Assembly (NCBI GenBank): GCA_965113315.1
Contig: OZ220372.1
Reading direction: 5' to 3' (one strand)
Length of the DNA: 64,000 bases
From: Podarcis vaucheri
Lineage: Eukaryota
Shown here: positions 29,101-40,747 of the stretch, piece after piece
Numbering within the stretch: the stretch's first letter is position 1
Layout: every line of letters starts with the position of its first letter
Position numbers and translations under genes: made by a program
Notes under the pieces: generated by a model
Databases searched by the model: none
Told to the model about the DNA's origin: nothing
Seen by the model: only the letters and a program-made list of their open reading frames with translations

Positions 29101-30639
29101 CAGAAATGCAAGTCACATGCTGGGTAGTGTTGCATTTCTGTTGAAACAATGTCAAAACAATTTACTGTGGGTGGAAAGGAATGAACAAAGCTAGCAGACA
29201 AAGCTTCATGCATCTGTTTCAACTTGCTAGGAAGGCAATATTGTTGAAGGGGATGTGATGAGCCCTGGAGGTTTGCTATCAAGGAAATGCAGTGTTTATC
29301 CATTTTCTTTATTATCCTTCGGGATTTCATTTATGATTTGTTCTAATTATCTGTTATAACAGTGAAAAAATAAATGCTATATAAGCCATGGACCACTCTT
29401 AATCATTACACAGCAAAGCACATGTCATCTTAATATTGTGGGGCAATTAAATTGAAATTGATAAGTGGTAGAACATGGTTGAAGACTTCCACACGGTCAT
29501 GCACCTCATTTAAATGACCAGCCTGTGTGCTGTAGGGGTTTTGCCATGATCGGTAAGGAACTATGTATTGTTAAAAAGGTTGTGTACCATCCCCAATCCC
29601 TGCTGAGCAGTAGCAAGATTCCAGGGGTTCCAGGCAGCTACCCAGAGTTGTGTTTCCTTAAACAGTATGTTATAATACATTGTCAGCTGCAGTGCAATTC
29701 ACTCCTTTCCCAAATGACTTTGGAGTAAAGTTAGCATTTGACACACCCTGCAGAGAACAGGGAAAGCATCTTAAGTCAAAAATTCCATGTTTACATCCAA
29801 AGGTTAAAGGCTTCCAGTAAGAAACATACTTAACTGGCCTGGTTTTGCTGTCTAGTCATCAGTAGTTCATTTTTAAAAATGTGTGCAAATGTGTTTGCTT
29901 TCTCATTTAAGTAAGTCTTTGAGGAATACTTGAAAATGTTACTGGGCTTACATATACTGCTTGTTGAATCCTTGCAATCTGAGAGAATTTGCAGAAGACC
30001 CAAAATATGTGGCTTACCAGTCAAGTCAGTTGCCCTGTTCTAAAAGTGTAATTTGCTGCACCAGCACTTCTAATAGCGTGTTTTCTTCTGCTTTTAGTGC
30101 AACAAAAGTGAGATTAATTCTTTTGTCATGCATATGTTTGTGAATTTTGGGAAAGGATGGTAGTAGATGAGTTTACAGTACAATCACATATTCCACACAT
30201 TTAACTTACATGATTGAACACCGGCCAGTTAAAATTGCACAACTGGAATGTAATCAAGGTGGAGAGCTTAAAAGCTATTTTGGGGCCAGGTCCACTGTGT
30301 GAAAAAAGCTTTTAAAGGGCAAGGGCTGCTCTGTGTACAGGTTCTGGAAGTTCTGGGCATGCTCTCTCTCTTCCCTTCCCCCACTAGCCCACTGTTGCAA
30401 AAGTACTTTTAAGAAGAGAATTGCGGTGGTGGTGAAATTCAGGCTTTTTGAAAGTTCTGTATTTAAATTTCTCAGATTAGGTTACTCAATGTTTCTAAAT
30501 TTGTAGAACACAATTGCATGTGTTTCGCTTTTCAGTCCAGGGTTTTCTTTACTCTTTTGGAATTCAGCATTGTTGAGATCTCCAGCCATTTTGAATACCA
30601 GTGGCTGGAAACCACAGGTGCCGGGTTGGGGGGGGGGAG

Positions 30640-30758
30640 TGCTCTTGTGCTTGGGTCCTGCTTGCAGGTTTCCTACAGGCACCTGGTTGGGCACTGTGAG
30701 AACGGGATGCTGGATTAGATGGGCCAATGGCCTGATCCAGCAGGTTCTTCATATGTTT
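30640..30758 (+). mobile_element. CR1-type 3' tail fragment
   Basis: GGCAYCTGGTTGG.CACTGTGAGAAC.GGATGCTGGA.TAGATGGGCCA.TGGCCTGATCCAGCAGG..CTT..TATGTT, typical of the squamate CR1 3' end. Confidence 0.7.
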
Positions 30759-30974
30759 TTCAAGTAGCATTGTTACATTGTTGTGGATTACTGAGGCATT
30801 CCCTTTATGCTTTGTGTGCGAGCACATTTGCTTAAATTCTTGAATAGCAAGACTCTGAATTCTAAGATAACATTCAGTATTTCGTGCTAAAAAAAGGACC
30901 TAGCAATCAAAACTGTCAAAAGGGAAAAGAAAAGCAGCATTCAGTAGAAATACAAAAAAAAATAAAAATGAATT

Positions 30975-31220
30975 GCATAAATTAGTATATAAAGCCCTTA
31001 ACAATTTAGGACCAGTTTACCCACGAGATTGCCTTACCCTACATGTGCCCACTTGTCCTCTTCAGTCGGCAGAATTGGCATTACTACAGGTGCCATGTAG
31101 AACTCATTCCACATTTGTAAGAACTTGGTCATTTAGTGTGGCACTGCTTACACTTTGGAACTCCCTACCTATTGAGATCAAGCACCTCCACTGTGCTATT
31201 TTCAGTGCCTTCTAAAACCA
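30975..31220 (+). mobile_element. L2-clade ORF2 C-terminal fragment
   Basis: YKALNNLGPVY...SFSVA..TLWNSLP is the conserved L2 C-terminus. Confidence 0.72.
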
Positions 31221-31282
31221 AATTACCTCAACACCTGATTCACACAATAGCACAGCAGAGGGAGGGAGGGAGGGAGACAAAT

Positions 31283-31456
31283 TATTTTTGCTGCTGAGTG
31301 ATTCAGGGGGTCTGCAGGGTAGTGCAGCAGCAAAAGACTCGTATTTTACAGTCGCGCTACCCTGCAAGACCCCCTGAATCACCAGGCCAGGCAGGTGGAG
31401 ATGTTAGGTGTCAAAGGTGGTGCTTTGACATCTCCATCTGGTTGCAAGAGGCCAGT
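31283..31456. repeat. Unclassified palindrome-rich interspersed repeat; inverted relative at 50143-50560
   Basis: ~28-bp-arm hairpin at 31298-31382; 31390-31456 is a near reverse complement of 50143-50210. Confidence 0.65.
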
Positions 31457-32185
31457 TGCATGTTGCAAAATGTGACTAGCGCCCAACTGATTTCAAAACC
31501 TGGTCATATCTTACCTTGACTGGGCCTGATAGGAGTTGGAATGCTACAACATCTGGAGGGTCAGCACAGTTCTCTGTTATTTCTTTTATCATCCTTCAAT
31601 AGTGAGTAATTTCCAAGTAAGGATTCCTTTATAGGGTTATGAGTAGTCATGCAGTGTATTTTAAACCTTACAAAACTAGAAATTAAAGTATTAAATGAGC
31701 AAATTTTTAAACAACGTTGACCTGCAGTGGTTAAGTGTGCATATGTTTGTAGGCAATGTCTGACAAGTTTGCCATAAATTCAAAAGTAAATTCTCCAGAT
31801 GGGTTTTTAAGGAAGAAGATAATCAAACTGCATGAAGTTCTGTAAAAACCACACTTTTCTAGGGAAGAAGTAGCTGCTACAAGTTTATCTGGTCACCTGA
31901 GGTGTCTTTCTCCTTACAGTACTGGTAAAATTTAGTATAGCACAAGTAGACACCACTGACTTTCTGCTGTGGAGATAAAGAATGGAAAACTGCAGTGATG
32001 TTACATCACGTGTTGGCTGAGGAGGGGTGTGTGTACGGCTGGGCTTCTTCAGTCCTGTGTGTCTTGTAGCATCTAATCCTGCCCCAAGAGTCAATATGTT
32101 TGTGGCCTTGCCTATATAATTACCGTAAGTTTGATTTGTTTCTATTCCAGTTTTTCATATATGTTTTCTTGCCCCCATCTTTTAG

Positions 32186-32358
32186 GATCGGAAGCTGTCC
32201 AAATCGGAGAGGCAACGATTTAAGGAGGAGGCTGAAATGTTGAAAGGGCTTCAACATCCTAACATTGTTAGGTTCTATGATTCCTGGGAGTCTACTGTCA
32301 AGGGAAAGAAGTGTATTGTTCTGGTTACAGAACTTATGACATCTGGCACATTGAAAAC
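32186..32358 (+). CDS. WNK1: WNK1 exon 2 (173 nt)
   Basis: tttag|GAT...AAAAC|gtgagt; encodes [57 protein letters not shown](T), in frame with exon 1. Not in the ORF track on this strand. Confidence 0.97.
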
Positions 32359-32774
32359 GTGAGTATAGGCTTGCCAGAGCCATACACTAATGATGAACAT
32401 GGATATCAAAATTACCAAAAAATAAATGAAAAGTTTTTGGTTTTTTGGGCAAAAGCCTTGTAAAAGCCATTGGATATATATTTGGATATATTGACCATTT
32501 CTGAGAAGGAGGTTCAGAATGATAGCTACTGTGTACTCTTTGGGCTTTAAATTACGAAACCTCTCAACCCATTGTCAGTGCTGTACTGTGAAGGAAGAAA
32601 TGTTAATAGGCTTTAAGGTCCTACTTTGGCAAGTCATATCATGTCTCCTGTACAGCAAATGCTTGAAATTCCAGGCAAAATAAGCAGTAAGGGAGTCCTC
32701 TAGTGGTCAGTGAAGCACTCTTTGCTCTTCTCTATATTTTGATTCAGAATAGAATTATATATCAAATAAACTAT

Positions 32775-32964
32775 GGGAAAGGACCATAAATATAGCATCT
32801 GCCTTGTATGCCGAAGGTCCCAAATTCAATTCCTGGCATCTCCAGGTAGGGCTGGGAGAGAACCCTGCCTGAATCCCTAGAGTGCTGCTGCCAGTCAGTG
32901 TAGATAATACTGACCCAGATGGACCTATGCTCTGACTTGGTATAAGGCAGCTTCCTATTTTCAT
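32775..32964 (+). mobile_element. tRNA-derived SINE, Squam3-like
   Basis: tRNA-like head with degenerate B box (..TTCAATTCCTGGCATCTCCA) and body GCTGCTGCCAGTCAGTGTAGA.AATACTGA..AGATGGACC..TG.TCTGACT.GGTATAAGGCAGCTTCCTAT. Confidence 0.75.
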
Positions 32965-33694
32965 AAGTTCATGTAATATAATTAAGAAATTCTTACTTAA
33001 TTAAACTGTTTTTAAAATTAGAATTCCTTAATGGCAACTAGTTTTTGTGTGGAGGTACATTGTGAGGGAGAGTAGCTGTCAAGTTTGAAATCCTCTTAAA
33101 TGAATGGAATCAGTGAGTTAGAGGAAAGGACTGTAGATAAGCTAGTCAAAGTATCCCAACTTGAGTTCTTTCTGAGGTCTACTGATACCCCAAAAAAGGA
33201 TTAGTTAAAAAGTGGTAATAGGGTCAGTTACCAGGTCTGCCAGATTCCTTTTCAGAAACTGTGGATTTGGAGACCAATTGCTATTTTCATATCTCAACAC
33301 TTTGATGAATCTCTTTATTTCCCAAATCAAAGACAACAGGATTAATTGAATTTACCTGGGTTGTAGTCGAAATTTGGCTGTCCATAATGGAATTAAGTTT
33401 AAATTGTGAGTGGTTTACTTCTGTCCAGGTACAGAAGCTTGTAATTAGTCTCTGTTGGCAACTTCTGTAGGCTTTATTATCAGCTTGCATGTGCAGTGAC
33501 TGAGCACATGTAACCACCATTACAAATATCTTATTTGAGCAACAGCTGTATCTGCTAGCATCTTCTAAAACCCGCTTCCCCCCTTTCCCAAGCGAGCAAA
33601 CCGTCAATCTTAGAAGTTATGGCTTAAAATAAACTTTAGTTAAACAAGCCTGCTTCATAAGCCTGATTTAAATTGGCTTAAATTGGTCAGAGAT

Positions 33695-33820
33695 TAAGAA
33701 TATAAGAAAAGCTCTGCTGGATCAGACCACTGGCTGATCTAGTCTAGCATCCTGTTCTCACAGTGGCCCAACCAGATGCCCATGGGAAGCCTGCAAGCAG
33801 GACCCAAATGCAATGGCATT
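33695..33820 (-). mobile_element. CR1-type 3' tail fragment, inverted relative to 30640-30758
   Basis: Reverse complement aligns by eye with 30650-30755 over ~110 nt. Confidence 0.72.
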
Positions 33821-33959
33821 CTATTCTCCTGTCAGCTATTACTACATTTCCTCTTTTGCCTGCTTTCTTGATTTCCTTATTCATCTCAGGATCTCCCCAA
33901 GCATTTAGATAAGGGAGGGTGATAGTACATACCCCATACTAAATTACTCATGGGGCCCA

Positions 33960-35280
33960 CAATAATTTTGTGGACAAGCCTGCCTCTTTGGGGATTTCTA
34001 GTTGGCTTGATTCAATGTCCTCTTTGATGTACAGAGTGAAACCATCTCCACTACATCCTTCCCTGTCCTTACTATAGAGTCTATATCTGGAGATAACAAT
34101 TTCCCACTACCTCCCTCCGTTCCACGAGGTTCCCATTATGCCCACTATATCAATGCTGTCTTTTAAGACCATACACTCCAGTTTGCCAACCTTGGCTCAG
34201 AAGCTTCTAACATTAGCTTATAAAGATTTACATACAGTGTCCATCTTCAAGTGTCTTTGGCCCTGGGGTGCTTTGGCCTTTCTGAATTGCTGACCTCTGC
34301 CCCTTCACCTAGTTCTCCAGCTCCACAGTTTAAATTTTCATCATTTCCCCCTCCCCCCAGCTTCATCTCAGGGGGGGGGGGATTTGTTCCAATCAGCTCC
34401 TGTTGGCACTTCCCCTGTAATCAGTTCAAAAGCTGCTATGCCATCTTTTCTTTTTCATTGTCAGTAGTCTGCTTCCACTCTGGTTCAAGTGGAGTCCATA
34501 CCTTTTGTACAGGCTTGGCTTGCTGCAAAATGTTCCCCGGTGCTTATCAAATCCAGACCCCTCTTCCCACAACCAGTGTCTCAACCACACATTGGGATTG
34601 CTAGCCTGCACCACACTAGCTGGTCCTGTGTGTGGAACTGGTAGCATTTTGGAGAAAGCTACCGTATTTTTTGCACCATAACACTCACTTTTTTCCTCCT
34701 AGAAAGTAAGGGGAAATGTCTGTGCGTGTTATGGAGGGAATGCCTACGGGTGGCATGCCTACGGATTTTCCTCCTCTAAAAACTATGTGCGTGTTATGGT
34801 CGGGTGCGTGTTATAGAGCGAAAAATACGGTACATTGAATGTCCTGGCTTTCAGCATCCTATCTAGCAACCTAAAATTTGCTTCCAGGACTTTGTGACTA
34901 CATTTCCCCCATGTCACTGGTGCAAACATGCACCATGACCACTGACTTCTCCCTAGTACTAACCACCTGTCTTAACTGTAGGCAGTGGGCAACACCTGCA
35001 CCCTTTGCACCAGGTAGGCGGTTCACCATGCAATCTGTAGGCCTATCATAATGGCAACCATCTATGCTCCTAATTATTGAATAACCCACAACCAGGATCC
35101 ATCCACCTCCTAGAAAAATATCCTTGGCACAAGAGGATACCAGCTTATCCAAGGAATGGGTTCCTTCTAATGTATTATTTCCCTCTACCTCAGAGCAATG
35201 ACCTCCTTCCCTGAGACCCTCAACCTCTCTGACACCTGGGGAGCTTTCATTCTGGGAGTGGGCTGCATGTTAGATCTTCA
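33960..35280 (-). mobile_element. Degenerate CR1 LINE spanning the ORF1 esterase and ORF2 endonuclease start
   Basis: ILVVGYSIIR...LPGAK...VVMVHVCTSD (SGNH esterase-like, 34898-35152) and DIVGIMGTSW...YRLYSKDREG..G.G..LYIKE (APE N-terminus, ~34020-34190). Confidence 0.75.
34662..34830. mobile_element. MITE subfamily A, second copy, inverted relative to 3110-3278; inserted in a CR1 remnant
   Basis: Reverse complement of the 3110 copy with about 3 substitutions by eye; TA flanks. Confidence 0.88.
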
Positions 35281-37338
35281 TGAGCCTAGAAGGTTGTTGC
35301 TGTGTTAGTCCTAGGAAATGGTTTATTGTTTTTGCAAGTTTTGATAAGGTAGTATTTATGTTACAGAAGTTCAGGACAAATGGGAAAGTAGATGATACTC
35401 AGCATTTCAGAGGTGGCTAGAAATGGAAATGCATTTAGTTACAGCAAGTACTTAAAAGATTTACAAGGACACTTGGAAGTGACTAAAACATTTGAATTAA
35501 AAGCCACATGTCACCCACATAAATTGAATTACAGATGCTATTTCACTTTCTCTGATAGATTTCAGTGATCTGTAAGCTCATTTTCGTTTGCTGCAACATA
35601 TGATACTAGTTTACCTGCCAATCTGTTTAAACAGAATTAGCCAGTACTGGTATGCACTGCTTTCAAATTCAGAACAGTGCTTTGGTTCATTGTTGCTTTC
35701 CCTGGGTGAAATGGGGGAAGGAGCATAACTGCAGAATGTCAACTCAGAATGAAAAGAAGTTTTTGTTGGAAAGTGAATGACAGCTATGATGTCACTGTAG
35801 CAACCACTTAGCTATTGAAACATTAAATGAAGGAGCTCAGCCAGGAAGCCTTGGTTACAGTGTAAACTTGCCTTTACTTGACTGATGGTAATTAAGCTAA
35901 CAAATGAAAAGATTTTTATGTTCTCCTTGAGACCTTGATCCTGTCCAATGACAATATCTGCACTAATTTTAAGAATTTTAGAAACGTATTTTTAGTTGGC
36001 ATATTCTGTATTGTGATTCTCTCCCCACTACCCTTTATCTAAATGTGAGTAAGGTGTCAGTGCTTCCAGAAGCATTTTGCTCCTCCTTGAAAATCTGGTG
36101 GGAAAAGTTATTTTTGTGTGCCTTGACAAGCCCATTGTCCTGTGAACAAACCTCATTATACCCCAGTTAGCTTCCAGGAAAATAATTTAATTTCTTAGTT
36201 CAGCCTTTAGCAATACCTCTTCCCCCCACCAACCTTTCCTCTATATTAATAGGTTTCCTCCTTTCCATGTAACGTGCAATGTTCAAAGGTTGCTTCCCAT
36301 GTCACCCCCCATGACAGGTGTTTGGGATTCTGTGGCTAGCTTGGATGCCATTATTATATGACCTTACAATAGATGCTTATCGTGATTATTCCACAACAAT
36401 TCAGTGCATGTTCTGATCTCTGCTTATCCTCTTCATTGTAAGAGCATGTCTTGATAGAATAATTTGGACAGCTGCCAGTTCTGGATGATTGATACTAATC
36501 CCCATTGCTACAATTTCTGTAGTTCGAAAGGAGGGACTTTGAAATCACATTTCAAACATTAATCCTGGTGTGAAAACTGCCCTGTAAAAAGCGTCTGAGA
36601 GATGGTTTCAGAGGGAAATTGGAGTTCAGCTTGGAATAAGAGTTGAGAAGAGGAGGATATTAGAAGGAAAGTATGAGTATGAAGGGCTCATGGGAGACTG
36701 GGAGAGGAAACTGCTGGTGTACATGTTCTGATTTGATTTCTTGGCTGAGATACCCTTTGAGTATTTTGCTGCTCGCATAATATCACTCAGGTTTTTGTGC
36801 CCATTGCACAAGATACATCTTAAGAGAGGCAGTTTGGCTCAGCTATAGTGTCTTTGCTTACATTCTTGGCTCTTAAAACATACTTGTCTGTTGCCAATTC
36901 TCTTCTCTTAAAGGCTTTGGGCCCCAACTTTTCCTGCCAGGGATGCTGACTTTTCAAATATTATCCTAAGCTGGTATCACTTCTGAAGTCTCTTGAAAAT
37001 GGAGCATTTGCAGGAAGTGTAACAGCTAGGTTTTAAGTAAAATTAATTGATGTAAAGCTAATTGCTTAAAAAGACAAAAAAATTATTACAGCATGTACAG
37101 AAAACTGAATGGATACTTAAAATTATTTTAGTTAAAATTATTTTAGTTTCCTGTGAAAAAGAGAAACTGCTTTGAGGTAGTGAATGTGCTTATTTTGCCC
37201 TGCTTTTGAAAAACATATAAAGATGAAATGGGACGAAGGAAGAGTTTTCCTATGTGCTTTTCAAGACTTCAGGCAACTGATTAGAAAATGGAGTAATTAG
37301 GAGGAAAGGAAAGAAAGGGAAATAATGATCTTCTAGGA

Positions 37339-37555
37339 CAGGCATGTCCAACCAGTCAATTGCAATCTACTGGTCGATTGTGGGATTGCAACCCCCCCCC
37401 CCGCAAGCCCAACAACTCTGATGGAGCCTCCTCAAAAAGAGCTCGACAACTCTTGCCACTCCCTCCCACCCAAAGAAAGCTGACAATGGATAGATCACTT
37501 CTAGTTTTTTTATACTGGGAGTAGATCGCAGTCACTTGGGAGTTGGGCATGCCTG
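37339..37555. mobile_element. hAT (Charlie-like) MITE, 217 bp
   Basis: TIR CAGGCATG(T/C)CCAAC and perfect 8-bp target-site duplication TTCTAGGA at 37331-37338 and 37556-37563. Confidence 0.88.
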
Positions 37556-38540
37556 TTCTAGGATACTGAGGGGATGAATGAAGAATGGCCAGCAGAGAAA
37601 GAAGGGTTGCCAAAGTCAGTAGAGAAAAAGCATGTGTGCACACATGGATCCAGTAAAACAGATCTTCTTGAAATCGCATTTATTGTTTCAGAGGTTATTT
37701 ACACCCTGCTCCCCTCAAAATCAAATATAAATCTGAGGTGTCAATCCTTATGGAACCTCATAATTTGTGCATGGGATCACCTCAAGAGTATTGTCAAATC
37801 ATAGTCTACCTGTGTCACAGATGTGTTCTGTGATTTGATTGCGACTTTGTTATCATGTTATGTAAAAATCATGAAGATATATGGGAATCTGTTCCTTAGG
37901 CATGTTTTTGTGGTGATGGCAAGCACTGTCACTGTGATTTTTACTGTGCAACCTACTACTAAAATACATTACTAGTGCAAGGGAACCTCATATAAAATCA
38001 TGCACATTAAAAAAAGATTTGTTTTAATTCTACTGAATCTCAACTTTTACCCAGAACCCAAAGAATATGAAAGAGAGGGAGTGTGTGCTTATGTGAGCAT
38101 GTGCACATGCATGTATTTTCTGGAGAAGGGAGTTGAGGAAAAGCACCAGAGGTGGGTTGCTCCTATACCACACACTCTCAAAATTTCAAATGTGCCCACA
38201 GGTTCAGAAAGATTGGTGGCCCCTGGATTCTAACTCATGAGCCAATCAGTTCAGTGTATTGGTTTATATAAAATGCTGCAGGTGTAGTTATTCTTTTTGT
38301 GAAGGAGCACTGCTGTGCAGTTTCTATTACCTCTGAAAAGGAAGACTGGTTTTCAGTACTCCCAATACTTCTCTTTGCCCTATGTTCTTTTTCTGGAGGT
38401 GTGGAGTTTGGCTCATATGAAAGCCTGCTTTTGGTACGAGCTGTTTGTTTGATGTTTGTAGTTCACTTGTGGCATTCCAACAGCATGGACTTCAAGATGA
38501 AGCTTGAAGCTTATTTTTATTCCTCTGGCTCTTTCCCTAG

Positions 38541-38761
38541 GTACTTAAAAAGGTTTAAAGTGATGAAAATCAAAGTACTTCGAAGCTGGTGCCGGCAAAT
38601 ACTGAAGGGTTTGCAGTTCTTGCACACGCGTACTCCTCCCATTATCCACCGTGACTTGAAGTGTGACAACATCTTTATTACTGGCCCCACAGGATCAGTC
38701 AAGATAGGAGACTTGGGTCTGGCAACCTTGAAGCGGGCTTCCTTTGCCAAGAGTGTGATAG
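38541..38761 (+). CDS. WNK1: WNK1 exon 3 (221 nt); catalytic loop [11 protein letters not shown] motif, activation loop
   Basis: ccctag|G...ATAG|gtaagc; [73 protein letters not shown](G). Confidence 0.97.
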
Positions 38762-40484
38762 GTAAGCTTCTGGTTTTGTTTTAGCAGTTCTTACTTGAAA
38801 ATTTGTCTAATAGAATTTTCCAATTCTCACAAAGCAAAAAAATGAAATGGAAAAAAACTTCATCCCTGAAAATTCTGGAGTTTTAGGTCTCATAAAATAT
38901 GGGTCCCTGATATTAGTATTCTCCTAAAGAATCTTCTCAAGGTGTGTAGGCTCTTTCACTTAGCAGAACACTTGATAAAACCAAAGTATTTCCATCCTTT
39001 GAAATAACTGTTCTGAACTGGGATTAAGGGGAAGCACAGAGTTTTGAATGAAAATTCTTTTTTTAAAAATACAAACCTCTGCCTTATACCTAAAATTTCT
39101 GGGCTGCTGCATTTAAGTACCCTACAATAGCTTTGTCAGCTGGTCTGAAACTATGACCAGATAATTGGTTTTAACAGCTCTGTTCTGCTATTTGTTTTGT
39201 GAAGGATGCAAGCTAACAAGGGAAAAGATGGTCCTTTTTAGTCTGTATCTGCTAGTGTGTGTGTTTTTAGAATGCAATCTACAGCTATTTCTGAAGTTCT
39301 GTTTTCAGAAGTTGTAATACCTGATTTTAACAATACAAATTCACATTTGCAAATATCTTGGCCTTTGTGACAATGAAACATTTCCTGCTTTCCAGCCAGT
39401 CTAGAAACAACTAATGTTAGTGGAAAGGGGAGAATATTCAGTGGGAAATGACCAACTTCCTTAACATAGCAGTCTCTTTTCCATATGTTATGATCAACTT
39501 TCAATTGGAAAACTGCCATATTCTGACTTTTTTGAACAATTGAATTAGTATGCTCCCTTTCAGTTAAGGCTGGAACACCACTGAATCATGGGAAGATGGA
39601 TAGGGAAGTAAAAAATGATTGATTGGTAAATTTGCATACAATCTGGTTTGTTTGCAGGAAATAATTCTCTGCTTATTGGTAATTTCTGGCTCTTACATAT
39701 CTCTGATTCATATAGTGCAGGTTTCTGTGAAATGGAAGGGTGCATTGGTTTGATACATCAGGGATAATACACCTCCTACAAATTGATTTTAAAATTAGGA
39801 TTTATTGAATCTCGCCCTCTGTGCCTATAACTCAATCTCTCTATATTTCTGAGTATTTTTGCCTGTAGGATGTCCCTCACTATTTCCTGTATCTGCAGTA
39901 GGCCTATAAAATGTACTGCAGGTGAAATGGTAAGTATGTAAAAAGGGCTCTGGTGAGTGGCCTTTGCAGAACATTTTTGAAAAATTAATTTTTAAGAAAC
40001 CTTTATTCATAAGCACAGGGTTTTTCATTGCAAGGCTTTGTTTAAAGTGACACTAAACAGAAGTAAATGGAGTGTTACGGGTCAGAGACTAGCTGTGGAC
40101 TCTTTCCAGTACTAATTTTTTACAGCAGAGGGCAGGCAGGGATGCTGAAACAAGCCTCATACCTCCTTTCTCACAAGGAGGAAAGGTAAGTGTGTCTAAC
40201 AAGTATTTGGTTTGTAGTCTAGCTAGTCTCTTACTTTATTTTTCTCCATTTATCTTCAGCCTGGGATTCAATCATATACCATTATGACTAAAATCTTCAT
40301 ATGTTCCCCCTGATTCTGTTCCATTATAATATATATAAATGGTGAACATAAAAACCTTTAACTGTTGGTTCCTCACTTCTTGCAAAGGCCTTGCAATGGA
40401 AGACCCATGGGATACATTGATGAAACAGAGTGACTGAGGGTGTCCTCCCTCTTCTTTTTGCTTCCACTTCTTCTTTTCTCACAG

Positions 40485-40509
40485 GTCTACCCGTCTACTC
40501 CCTTCTTCG
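40485..40509 (+). other. Candidate 25-nt micro-exon / alternative 3' splice site upstream of exon 4
   Basis: ~38-nt pyrimidine tract (40443-40480) + ACAG|G acceptor, followed 25 nt later by a TCG|GTGAGT consensus donor. Confidence 0.45.
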
Positions 40510-40576
40510 GTGAGTAACGCCAGCAGCCTCTGCTCGCTTTGAGACATTTAGAGTCTGAATCGTTCTTTTAATTTAA

Positions 40577-40747
<171 letters not shown>

